From: Catajapyx aquilonaris
Lineage: Eukaryota
Reading direction: 5' to 3'
Length of the DNA stretch: 64,000 bases
Assembly (NCBI GenBank): GCA_000934665.2
Contig: KZ538275.1
Span: forward strand, 1-64,000
Position 1 is the stretch's first letter. The number at the start of each line of letters is the position of its first letter. The notes beneath the pieces were generated by a model. The model was not told the origin of the DNA and ran no database searches. It saw only the letters and a list, made by a program, of their open reading frames with translations. Both the position numbers and the translations under genes were made by a program. Of this stretch, positions 13,201 through 25,822 are shown in pieces.

Positions 13201-16200
13201 GGCCAATAACTAGTGGATAAAAGCATCAAATTGGGAGAGCCATATTTACGGACTATGATTCATCTTTATAGTCAACTAATTAATACGCATAGTTGGCTGG
13301 TAATGCGGCAAAAGTCATTCAGTGAATGTATGGAACTATTGGTTGATCCTGTACAGTACTCCGTGGTATGGCGGTATCCAAACTACTTTTGATCAAAATT
13401 GCATCGCCGGCTTTATTGACATTCTGGCCACGATTTTATCAACCCGATATTTCACCCTGTCCATGACAACCTGAGAATATACGTCCCCCCCTAGTTCTAC
13501 GAGTCAGCATAGAACACAGCATGTCAGGCTAATTTCTACTCGCGGTCGCTGCAAAAAAAAAAAAAAAAACGTATCTGCAATGGGTGTTATCAAAAGTATA
13601 ACCTACTTCAAGGGACAGCGTAGGGAAGTACCGGTATGTTATATAACCTAGTTGTAGCCAAATCGACACTTTTGCAACGAATTTTTCATATCCTTATAAT
13701 GCACACTACTACATTTATTAATGAAACTAAACAACTAATGAAACTCCACAAAAATGCACACGTAAATTAGGCAGGTAATTTTCGTCTTCCGTCTCCTTGT
13801 TGCCAGATATACATACCAGAAAAAGTATGATTTGGGTAGCTAAGATCAGTGACAGATGCGAAAATCGCTCCCCTCTAGTATTCCCTGCGCGTGGTGAAGG
13901 AAGTTGAATAATCAAAGGGGCCAAAAAGTGGTTTGTTATATCCGACGTGAGGTGAAAATTAGTTTGTTTTATCAGGAGTGCCCCCTAAAAAGGCAGGTTG
14001 CCTTCTGGGGTAATGTAATAGTTATATCGCAGGAGTAAAATTGCACAGTGCCTTATCCTTTCGAGTATATTATAGCCGAGGTTGTTATATCCGGAGTATT
14101 AGCTTACAATAAATTAGGCACATTGCAGATACGGTTTTTTTCCAGACTTATGCGCACTTTTTGCAGTTGAGAACCGAATTAACATCGGGGATTTATCGGT
14201 GAGGTGTCCCAACCCAGCAGAACATCGTGGAGAGCCGGCAACTCTATCTCATAAAATAGTGCAGGGCCATAGTTCGGAGCGGACAGGTCATATTGCAAGA
14301 GATGGGTGGCTTGAAATGGAATGAGGAAAAAGGAGGGAAGAAATTTGTTGGGGGGTGGGGGTGGGTATATAGCAGCATCTCGGCGGAAATTGTAAAGCAG
14401 CCGTCGCGTCTGGGTGCGGACTTGCGGTTGCGCTCGGCTGGTCCTTTCTCCCCTTTTACTCGGAAAAAAGACAAAAGGGGGCGAATGTTGGACNGGGGAA
14501 ACCGTTGGACGGGGAGGAAAAAACCGTTGAGCGCGGGACGGAAAAAACCGTTGGGCGGGTTGGGTCTTGCCGTCTCAGCGGGAGCCGTGCCCAGGACCAG
14601 GGTGAGCAGGGGCCATTCGATTTCCATAGCGCCGCCATAAAGCGGGGCAGAGCCGGGCCTCCGGGAGATGAAGCCTGGCCCTACAAATCAAAGCAGCTTA
14701 TGAAATTTCGCCGGATAACTGCCCGGGAGGAGGATAAGAATTCGGCAGTCGGATAACTTCTTTTGCTAGGGGAGAAGATAAAAACTCTCGGGGTAATTTG
14801 GTCCGACTGGGCGCATCCTCATCTTCTCAGGATAAATGGGGGGGAGAGAGGTTTGTAGCTCGACATGGGGACAGGTCAGAGGTTGGGAGGGACCTACTGA
14901 CCTCGTGGAGTCGTGCTTGGAGTTCAAATCTGAGGATTTATGAGGACACTTTTGGGGCATTAGAAGGGGGTCAGGGGTGAAATCTACTGGAGTGCTTCAG
15001 CGTGTATTTCCTGCCAATATAGTAATAGCACCCGGAGATAACCTCCAAAGCATGGTGCACCCTGTAAGAAATATGGTGCTAAGCATAGTAGAGCGGAAAG
15101 CTCGAACGACTTCCGCCCGTTTCGTTGGTCGAAGCCGCCAAGGAAGACGCACCTTGAGGGACACCCCAAAGTAAGAGAGCAAAAGTATGGAGGACATGTA
15201 TCTGGGAAGATCCCAGGCGTGAAGATGGCCTCGAAAGCTCCAGAGCAATGGCGGGGAAAGGAGCCATCCGTCACTATGGGCCCTCCAGAGGTGGGCGCCA
15301 TTGTGACGACCCGCAAACACCTGAGGAAAAATTAGCAGGGCGCCATTGTGATGACCCCCCCGAATACACCTTTTAGGAAATATTAGGGAAATGGTCATTT
15401 TAGTGGGAGTGTAGGGAGCTTTAAGCTGGGGTTGGACACAGTAATCAGCAATGAGGTTTCGCGTTTGTGGAGTCGCTAATAAACAAGCGGTAGACGCCAT
15501 GTTTTTTTTGGTGTGAGGGGGTGCAAAGTGGGTCCCGTTTCCCCGCCGTGTTGTGTTCATTTGTGGAGCCGGAAAAAAGTTAATCAGATTTGTAGGAGGG
15601 CCGGACCTGGCAGGGAGTTATTTGGCGCCGGACAACGGAGGTAGAGTCAGCACCGTAATGAAGGTGCCCTCCGGAGATGAGATTGTATGGTGTGTGCAGG
15701 GGTGGGGACCTCCCCCTGCTTATTCGATTAATGAACGGTTCACGCCTCGTACCGCTGACTCTTGCACTGATTAAAAAATTAAGCATATGCCTATTACTTT
15801 TCATTATTTTAAATTAGCAAATGGCGATTCCTTAGGAGTGTGTTGTATGAATAAGAGGGTGCGAAGTGTGTGTGGGGGGGGCGGTCCGTCTGTGGGCCAC
15901 CTGTTGTGTCCTGCTGCTGAGGACCGATCGAAACCCAAAGACGACGAGACAGACGTCGTAGAGGGACGGAAAATTGGGATATTTTTCTTCGAAATGTGCA
16001 CGTACGAAAGGTCGTGTGCTGTCCCCTCCCTTGCAGCTTCCATCGTTCAAGGTCCCAACGGAATGCAGCCAGCGGTCAACACCATCAAGATCGAGAACCC
16101 TGGCTACTACTGCAACAGCTACACCCCACCGGCGCCGGACCACAGCGCCATGATGAGCTCCGGGGCATATAGTGAGTGGTGCAACTCGGGGGGTTCTTCT

Positions 16201-19200
16201 AGGGAAGTGGTTTTCAACCTAAGTACGAGGCTCGACTGCCAATACCTGGCTCGTAGAACCGAATAATGGAACAGTCACAGTTTTAAAAAAATAACATTTT
16301 TGTTTAACCCTTACCTCATGTAGTACAGTACTATAACACACGCACTGTATCATTGTGGTGCCGGCGTGTGGTGTTATACAAGTCCTATACTAATTAGAAT
16401 TAGAGTAGACAGGAACTAACCTTAATGCTACGCAATTAGTTAGGTTAGCTATAACTACCAGGATGAGGTCGTTGCATGGTGTAGTGCCCCAGTATTGGCA
16501 GACGTAGCCAGGGTTGAAAACCACTGATCTAGTCATAAGAGTTGAGCCCGATGGAGGAATCTCAGTGACCGAGGGGGACGGCTGGTCCATCCTCCCCGCA
16601 GGCCCGCTGCCCATGCCGAGGAGCTCCCATAGCCCAGTGGAGCACCGGTCCAAGAGGCTGCGACGCTTGAGCTCCGAGGATGACCTGGACGTCGGTGGTA
16701 GGCAGGACAAGAGTGGGGAGGTGGCTTATTATGGTCAGAGCCCTGCCTCTCTGTCCAGCCAGGCCTCCAGCTGGCACTCTGACGTCGACCACGGTGGGTT
16801 AGGTACTCTGTCCTTGCCTTCATTTTTCTTCTTCTATGACTTCCTCTTTCTTCGTACTAGCCTTCTCTCTGTCTTCTCTGTCATCTACAACTTTTTTTCT
16901 GTCTCCGCACCATCTCTTTCTGGCCTGTTCTGCTCTGCTCCGCTCCTTCGTTCTTCTCTATAGTCTGCCTGTCCGCCACTGCTGTGCATGCGGCCAACTT
17001 GACTCCACCACCATCTTTGCTCCTCTTCTACACCACCATCCAAACAGATGGGCACCTGTAACCTTTCATCCGGTACCTCATGACCAGTCTCTTTTTTGAC
17101 AGATTCATTCATTCACCGACATAATTTCATAATCATTGCTGAAATAGTACGCTGATGAAGTACACTGTCAATGAAATGGCCTGAATCTGAGGAACATGGT
17201 GAAGTGTGTCAAGTACCGGCTGAATTACAATCCTAACCCATCACTACACCAAATCATCAGTTAATGTGAAATAGATTGGAAATCTTTCAGGAGAATTTAC
17301 CTTGGGTGGACATGGGGGTTTAGATATGTAAAGAGGTGATTGCATGGTGTGTGCCCTGTAAGAATAACAATCAGTTATGGAAAAAGAGTGCTGTGTGTTT
17401 GCGAGTTGCCTGACTCACTTGAACTAACACAGAAAAGTGAGGAAGAGAAGCGGGGCCCAAATTTGACTCTGGTAAGTCTCCTGTGAAGAAACATCACACC
17501 TGGAACTTCCCCCACAGTCCCTGTCGTCTACTCCTCTCCCTGACTCCAAGCTTGCACTCTGTTCTATTTCCTTCGTCTTCACTCTGCCCTATCTTCCTTC
17601 TCCTCTTTGTATACTCTTATCTGGGGGATATACATAATTGACTCAATTGCATGAGAAAATAAGTAAAGCAAAATTTAATACCATCAAACGGTGAACGTTG
17701 AGCACTTGCTGACAACCACCACAATTTTTGATGTAACTTTTACATGTTTATATGACCCCGGTCAATCTGTAAGGAGTCTTTAAAAAAGGAAACCCCTTGC
17801 CAAAATAGAAAAAGAGGATCCCCCTTAGTGCTGAGCAACCCCCCACGGTTGTTTGCAGGTCCCCCTCCCGTGCATTCACCCCACCTGGTGCATGCTGGGA
17901 AGGTAGCGAAGGCTCCTGAGGCCTCCTCCAGTTTCCCCCCTGTGTCTAGCGGAGGTGACCTGTCCCCTTCAGAAGAGTCCTTGTCTAGTCACGAGAGCCA
18001 CCAGGCCTCCTCCCGGACTGTGGTCAGTCCGCCCATGCGGGAAGGTAGGTGGTTAGTTTCCATCCCTCCCACGCTCCAGATTGTTCCCACCTTACATCTC
18101 CCCAGAACTGTACCTGTACTTATTCACTGGCACAATTCACTCATTGACAGAAGACTTTCACCGATTCACCCGACAGCCACAGATCACATTGTTTGTCACC
18201 TCCCCACACCTCCGATGGTTCGTAGAGTGCAAGTGGCATCTCGTGTAGATGGTGGAGCCGTGCCGTAGTGTCTCTGCATCTGTAGTTGCCAAGCGGATGA
18301 TTGGGGTGTCCATATAGCCACATAGCATTCTAGATCATTTCTTGAAAGGGCTGGCCGACACGTGAAGTGAGCTTAGTTTCAAAATGGACTGAATTTAAAT
18401 ATTAGAAATAAGGTGTTGTGTATGCAAATGATGGGAGCTGCCAATATGTGTTATCCACATGAAGATGCACTGGCCGGCTGAAATAAAGATTTAAACGCTA
18501 GACATGAATTTTTAAATAATATACCATTTTAGATACAACTCACGACATGCCCCTGCCAGTCCATTCAAGTAATGGTTGTGACAGTAGTTGTCACAGTCAA
18601 AATTTATTCACTCATTATGTACATGACATCTGCCGTGATATGTCAAAAGTCTAGACTCTAGATCTAGAGTGTGAAATCCGCACAAGATGTTAGAGAGCAT
18701 ATGAGAGGAGGGGAGGCTGGAATTGCAAAGAAATGTTCCCCATGTTTTCATAGGAAACTGGGGAATGGCAGATTAATTTCCCTCCTTTTGTTTCAGTTAC
18801 AGTTAATACCTCCCTTGCATGATGACTCAGGCCCCCCATGTTAACAAGGTATTTTGTGGTGTCAGTAGTTTAAAACAGTGTCCGGTGTGTGCATGGAAGA
18901 GTTGTTGCTTGTTTGTTGGACGGAGGTGGGGGAGGAGGGGTGGTGGGTGGTACTTGTGTGTGTAAAAAAAAAAGAAATAAACTTTGTAAATGTAGGAAAG
19001 GAGTGGGTGGTGGTGAGGGGTGGAAGGGACTTGGCACACTATATGCTGAGGTAGGTCGGGTCCTGACTCCTCACCTTCTGCATGGGTGTGTTGGGATTCT
19101 TCTCTTAGTTTTTACATTGAGAATGCAAAGGGGCTGGTTTGAGCACTGTTTTCATAGAGCGTTGTCTTACGTATTTGAGCGTACAGCAGTTCTCAAGAGG

Positions 19201-22200
19201 AGTTGACACAAAATTGCGCTGATTTTGAATACATTCATTAAATGTACTGGTTTCAGTAATGGAACGATGGCCAGATTGTAGATGTTGCTTGTGACAGTTT
19301 TCTTAAAAAATTCCTCTTTCTCACTTGCAAGTTGGCTAATTACACTGTTGATCATGAACTGATCTTTGTCTCTTTTTTTTGCCTCCTCCCCCATTTTGCT
19401 TGGGTGCGGACCACACACAATGGGATGTGTGCCTCAGGTCTTCCTCCCCCACACGGCTCGGTGACATCGCTGGGCAGTTCGAACCTGAATGCGGCCGCTG
19501 CAGCGTCGGCAGCTAGCTACTATCAGCAGGCGCCTCCGGACCAGCAGCAGCCAGACCACAGCCCCAACAAGTACCAGGAGAACGGGCATGACACCTTCTC
19601 CGACTTCGTGACCCTGGTGTGTCAAGAGGCTCAGAACACACAGCAAACCTCTCAGGTTGGATCGAGGCTTGTGATCCACAGAAAGAGAGATGGCAAGGGG
19701 TGTGGGAGGCTCTGGTCACTGGAAAAATTACAGAACGAGAAAAACTACCAGGGGTGTAGGATGTCGACACAAATATGTGCCGACGGGTGCTATTGAAGCG
19801 CAGTGGTTTATGTCGCATTTGCCTTTATTTGAGCACGTACGAAACATTGTGAGAAAAAGTTGCAAGATAATATGCAGGAGAAAAGTATTGCGGCAAATAT
19901 AAATGACCCCAGTGTATTTTTTCATAGCTTTGTGTACAAATTCCGAAAGTTGAAGTTGGGACTTTTGTTAGGACAATGTTTACATGCAATTTCAATGTAT
20001 TTCCCTGTTGGGCTGACTGCCCTTTCAGGGGGCAATGTTTACATGCAATGACATAATTATTAGAACTTATCGTTATTTACTCCAAGACACTGCTCTACAT
20101 TTTTAGCTCAGAATTTTCAAGATATTGCCATGTTGTCCCAGCATAAAATTAAAGGGTATCTCTGAGTACCAGATGATAACACTTTCTTGATAAGCTGAAC
20201 ACCTGAAGGTGATTTCTAACGAGATCAGACATGGCCAAATGGACATAAACCTACTTGCGCTCAAACACCATGATTGTTTTATTAACAGTGATGTACTCAA
20301 ATTGCATGCAAAATTAAAATGATTGTGATGGGTTGTTGGTAATAATAATAATACTTCAAATTTTACTGTCTAATGTACAGCTTGCTAAATTTAAGTCAGG
20401 ATAATTGCACAATTTAACTTTCACTTGTGTTGCATGCATTTTAATTTTGTATTTTAATATTCCTTACAAAATTGTGCATTGTTTTTGGTTTTTGATTGAG
20501 TCTTGAGAAGGTTCAATGGTTGCGATATTGGCCAGCATTATCCTTGCTCAAAGACGATGCCCCTGCCAACTACAACCAAAGGATAAAAGAAAAAAGAAGA
20601 GAAAGGACAACAATAACACCAAAACTGCATGACTATTTCTAGAGACCACATTCTCTCCCACCCCGGCTCTTCAAAAAAAAAACTGCAAAAAGCAATCAAA
20701 AATCCAACCGAATTCTTTTTTGTTGTTTTTATTTGGTAATTTTGTTTATAAAGAACAATCAGGCTGAAATTGGTAGAAAACACAGGTCGGGTCACAGGCA
20801 CTGTTATTTAGGGCAAAAAAAAAAAAAAAGAGAGAGAGTAGAGAGATTTGGGACATTGTGTGTATTATCATCAATTGCAACTTCTCTTATTTGAAAGAGA
20901 CAATTCCACTGAAGCCCGCCTTCTCTCCCTTCCCCCACTTGTTTGTCGGCAGGCACAGGCGGGAACTTCTCGCAGTCCTTCCAAGCTGTCACAGTACTAT
21001 GCCAGCTCCATGTTGCCGCCCCCTCCACCTTTACCTATGGCTCGACCGGTCGCCATCATACGTTCCACTGGTAAGTCACTGTACACCAGGATCTGGGGTA
21101 AGTTGATTTGAAAATCAACGGGCATTAGTGTGGCTGAGGCAAGACTTGGGTTGTCAATCTGTGGTGTTGTAAGTGTATGGAAACTTCCAGCGGACCTGGC
21201 ATCTGGAATGGGCGGCTCACCTCCACCGCCGTCCACGTCTCCTTTAACCACCCCGGAGTCACCCCGGGGGCCAGATGCCAGAAGTGCCGGTAGCAACCTC
21301 AGCCCATCTCCACCAGTCAGCTCTGCCCCACCCCCTCATGCCACTGCAGGAGGACCTGGTCCTGGACCATCTCCTGAAGTGCCCTCGGGAAGGACTGTGG
21401 TGAGACTTTTCCAATGTCTAAAATACATCACATGTTTGTAACCTGCTGTCACATTGCAAGAGGTGTAGTGCAGTGTTACATATGAACTCGTACCAAGTGT
21501 TTTTTCTGTTGGTGTTGTGACCTTATCATGATACGGATCCATCACTAGATAATGAGTGACTGGTTAACTAACCCCATATATTTTCCCATCAGTTGTTCAC
21601 CTACCCGAGCATAAGCCCAGTGAGTGGATGCATGTCAGGGGTGATAAGCCCAACGAACCTCAGCTTGTTCACTTCTCCTGTTACGACGCCGAGGACGACG
21701 CCAAGGTCCACGCCAGTCCCCAGGTGGAACGCACCATTTATGAATCTGGAGGAGAACATGGACTACAACATGATGTCACCACTCATCGCTGCAGGCAATC
21801 CTGAGGGGAGTGCCACCTCACTCATGGATGATGGTGAGTCCCATCAGCAGTGTATCTGCTGAATCCCTTACTTTTTTTAAAGTAGGACCGCATCCCCTTT
21901 TCGTAGTTAAACAGAAGTGAAATAGTGAGGGGGTCTTAGTAATACAGTAGTAGTCACAGTAGTGAACCGATGGCCCTGTTAGACAGTCAGTTGACTTGCT
22001 AAAAATGGGGGGAAATCTTAGTCTTATCGTGTAATATATTTATTGATTGTACAAAAACACAGACATATGTGTTGTCATATTTTTATTTTCTTATTGTATT
22101 TTTTTCTCAGAGGTAAGATGAAAGATTTCTGTAAATTAAACTCCATTGTTACTAATGTCTAATTATGGGTCAACTGACTGTCAGCAGACTTGTCGTTCAA

Positions 22201-23496
22201 TAGAATCCATTTTTCAAGCCAACACTGATATCATAAAAATCAGGACATGTACAGTGACGAGTAATTTTTAAAGTTTGTTTGAATACTTAATTTGCTTGCT
22301 GCTGCTGCAACAAATCCGAAGATTGTGCCTCGAAGAATCCACCATCGTGGAAGAAAAGTCATAAGTTGACTGGGCCCAAGGACAACGTCAGTTCTGTATC
22401 AAGAACTAAGATTTGTTGTGTCAGCAGTAGCAAGTCACAGTGGTTTAGAAATGGATTCTATGATAGTGTGTAGAATTTCTTTGCTGGTGTTTTTCTTTTT
22501 AAGAAGCATGGTTTTGTAAAGAACCAAGCCCTTTATTTCTTCATCAAATGTTGCGAGATCAGCTACCTGTATTGTTTACTCATTGTTAGTTAGGGCCAGA
22601 TTGGTGTCTATTATTTTCTCATAAATATTTAGCAGTAAGTTTTGATTCAAGTGTGTGCAGCTTTTCTGCAAAACCATGCTTCTCGACATTTCACAGGTGA
22701 AGTATGCTGCGACACCATGCTTCCTGAACAGAAAGAGAGGACAGTCGGAAGTATTTCTGGTCAGCATGATTCACTTGTGAAGAGGCCTTTAACACTATGA
22801 TTCGCAATGCAATTAAATGGGAGGGGACACCCTCTTCTGTAATTTGCTGCAGGGGACCCCACTTCTATAATGCGTGGGAGTTCCCCATTTAGAGAAAAAA
22901 AATTGATGCAGTCCTCTCCAATACACCTCTGCTTACCAGAGTAGGGTGAGAATCATAGTGTTAACAAAGCATCTCCAATCCTCCCTTGCCATCCCCCCGC
23001 CCGCCCCCGCCCTTGCCCCCATTTCCTTCTCCCCACCCCCCCCTGCCCCCTCCACGCTGTGGCAGAGCGCTACTTCAGCACGGTGGTGCACGGCAGCGAC
23101 GGTTTGGAGGGCCCTGGCAACGGAGGACCAGCCCCAGGCGGAGGATCCGGTGGAGGAGTCATCACATCGCCAGTCCTCGCAGGAGGGTCCAGCGGTGGAG
23201 CCATCTCCCACCCAGGGCCAGGAGGAGGAGGAGGGGGAGCCTCGGGGATGGGACCTCAGACAAGTGCCAACCCCGGAGGAGCCCACCAGGGAGGTGAAGG
23301 AGGATCCGGGGGAGGGGGAGGGGGAACAGCAGGGGGAGGAGTGGTGACCATGTCCCCAAGCCCAGCTCCAACCCCTGGGCCGCCTCAAGGCCCCACACAG
23401 CAAGGACTGACCCCGCCCCTCGTGGGCGCATCCAGGACTCAGCAGGGNCCCCCCAACCCCAAAACTAGAGGAAGTTGCTCAAAGTCATGGTTTTAA
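3144..23496 (+). CDS. NFI: Nuclear factor I (CTF/NFI) transcription factor, 5'-partial; the first coding exon(s) lie upstream of the window
   Basis: Exons: 3144-3335, 3845-4028, 4587-4646, 12528-12623, 16037-16171 (next exon may start at 16533 instead), 16602-16793, 17859-18044, 19438-19655, 20953-21070, 21191-21399, 21593-21833, 23066-23496. All have AG/GT boundaries and phases that chain into one frame (753 aa in the window). The first two encode the NFI DNA-binding domain ([16 protein letters not shown]...[48 protein letters not shown]...[19 protein letters not shown]). Later exons carry NFI-like motifs ([33 protein letters not shown], terminal KSWF). An N at 23448 makes the last few codons less certain. 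Confidence 0.95.
5217..5429. mobile_element. Tc1/mariner (pogo-like) MITE in NFI intron
   Basis: Terminal inverted repeats CAGTGAAACCTGTCCATGTTGGACAC / GTGTCCAACTTGACAGGTTTCACTG, right end followed by TA; internal TGTCCAAC repeats. Confidence 0.75.
6656..6877. other. Assembly gap (N run); further gaps at 8097-8108 and 53008-53036, single Ns at 14494 and 23448
   Basis: N characters in the sequence; the three runs each abut G or C homopolymers. Confidence 0.99.
8395..8710. repeat. Minisatellite, about 15-19 bp units (GCTACTGAGTATGAAAGTG and variants)
   Basis: Roughly 17 degenerate head-to-tail copies, with GAGTAAGAGA variant units alternating in the middle. Confidence 0.9.
10250..10297. repeat. 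(AAT)n microsatellite
   Basis: About 15 perfect AAT units. Confidence 0.95.
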
Positions 23497-25739
23497 TCCT
23501 TGTAAAAGAAAATAAGAAGAAAAAAAACATGCAAAGTACACGTACAATACAGCCGCGTGTGCTTGAGTACCGCTCGGGATTGTCTTTGCGAAATGCGTAC
23601 AGTACAATTTGAGGGCATTTTTTTAGAAACAATATGGTTTGCGGTGAACGTGCCTGATCCATGCAAATTTTCAAAGTGTGACACTCAAGTACATGCGGTA
23701 CAACACACATGTAAAAAAAATATATACAGCTTGGAGACTGGGCTAGATGTTAACCTATAGTGCGATGCAGCGCTTTTGGAGAGTTTTTTCTCAGGAGTAG
23801 TGCGTACATGTGTGCCCCACCCTACGAAAGAATGTGTTGAGCTCCCATTTTTTTTTCAAATGGTGGTGAATACGCATTGCAAATAAAGGGGGTAGGGGTT
23901 TGCCGTTCATTTTTTTTGGTGGCCAGACTGTGGCTCGGTAGTCATTTTTGCCTCCAGGGGGAATACACTACTGGTAGCTCTCTGGGCAAGTTACACGGGC
24001 AAATAAAACAAGAGCAATAATGAGGCCATTGACCTGGGAAGCTTTTTTTGATGAGTGGCAGCGAGACAAATTACGGACAGGTAGAAAAATGGAGAGAAAA
24101 ATGTGACGGGAATCCCATACCTTTATTTCGTGTCATCTTTTTTGGAAACTGAATGTGATAGTGTCTAGTTTAATCGTGTTGTTGGCGTACTTTTTTTTTT
24201 ACTGTTGTTTGTATATATTGTTTTGACCGCTATTGTAGATTATGACATTTTTTTGTTAATGCTACTTTATATTATTTCGGATCTTTATTTCATACCGGTT
24301 TTTTTTGCTAGAGATGCGGGGAGGGGGGCAATGGCATTTTTTTAGATGGTGCTGGGTGCGGCTTCATGGCAGTTGAGCCGCCTTTTCAGTTTCACGTAGG
24401 GTGTAGCAGCACCCTCAGCAGTTGTTTTTGGAACGAGTACAAAATGCCCTCTGCTTATTTTGACAATCTTTTGTAAATTCCTGTTGCCCAGATCTGGATT
24501 TCTAACTTCCCCTCCAATGCTTTTTTGTGTTCCGCTTCCTCAAAGAGTTTCTGAGTTTTTTAATTTATGACCTTGTGGCCGGAGGATATTGCAGATGGAA
24601 GCTATTTTTCAGGGACTTTCCCGATTGTTATGGTTAGGGGCGTTTTAAAAGCCTTAATGGGGTGTTTAGCGTGTGGTAGACAAGTAATTGAGAGTGTTGT
24701 CAATGTGTTGTTACATGTCCGAAAGAACAAATTCACTTCACTCAAACGGTTGTGCTCACCTGACGTGCTTTTTTCCCCCCTCCTCCTTTCCCCTGACCCT
24801 TTGTCTTCCCTAAGGGTCTTGGACCTGCTTCGCTTCCCAAGTTTTCTGTTGTCACCTTTTTATCTCCTTGCGTCACACCCCTTCAAGAATATTGTCTTCA
24901 GTCGGACAGTTACAGATAATATAGAGTCTAGTGCCAGAACTGGTTCCCTTGTAAATGTGTCTCCTCCACAAGGCAAAAAAATAATAATGGGAGAATGTCG
25001 TGTGCCAAAAAAAGAAAGTTATTGAAACTCGTTAATATGTTGCCATTTTGTTCCCCAAGTACCTGAGACAAGAGAGGTGGTAGTTTGTACATTTTTTTCA
25101 TTTCCTTTTTGTTTGTAGAGATGAGTGCAATCGTTCCCATGTTTAGGTGCTTGATGAGTTTTGGGTGCTTTTATGCTGCCAAATGTGTTTATTTCTATAT
25201 ACCCACCCTCTCTTGTACGTGTGAGAGTAGGTGCTAATAATCCTGGGCAATTTTTCTTTCTCGCCAAAAAAAGAAAGTGACCATATTATTCTTCGGGCTC
25301 AACCGTCATGACGCGCTCCCAGCACCAGGAACCCATTTTTATGCTTAATGTAAAAAAAAAATTTAACCAACACCCTGTGTTGACTGCTGAGAGTTTTTGT
25401 ACAGAACCCTTGAAAGGGACAAGAGCTGCCATGGTTGGGTATTAGGCTGTGCCAAAAAACAAATAATGTGAAAAAAAAACACAAAATGCAAAAAAAAAAT
25501 GTTGTTCTGCCATGTTCACAAATTTGTAGCCATGTAGAGAGGAGTTTATGGAATCTGGTGAAGTTGCTGCTGTGCGTGATTTATTTTTTTCAAATTTACT
25601 TTTTATTGTGAGTAGTCCAGTGATTCCTTCGTATTGTATAGGTTAAGTATTTAGGCCAGTCCATTGGATATGGCAGGGTCCTCGTTGAACTTTTGGTCAA
25701 GTGTGAGAGGGACCCTGTGGCAAAGGTGCAATGAGGCAG

Positions 25740-25822
25740 CAATAATAATAATAACATTAATAACATTAATAATATAATAACAATACTGTAATAATAATAA
25801 TATTAATAACGATAATATTAAC
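25740..25822. repeat. Degenerate (AAT/AAC)n microsatellite in the putative NFI 3'UTR
   Basis: aataataataataacattaataacattaataatataataacaat... Confidence 0.7.
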
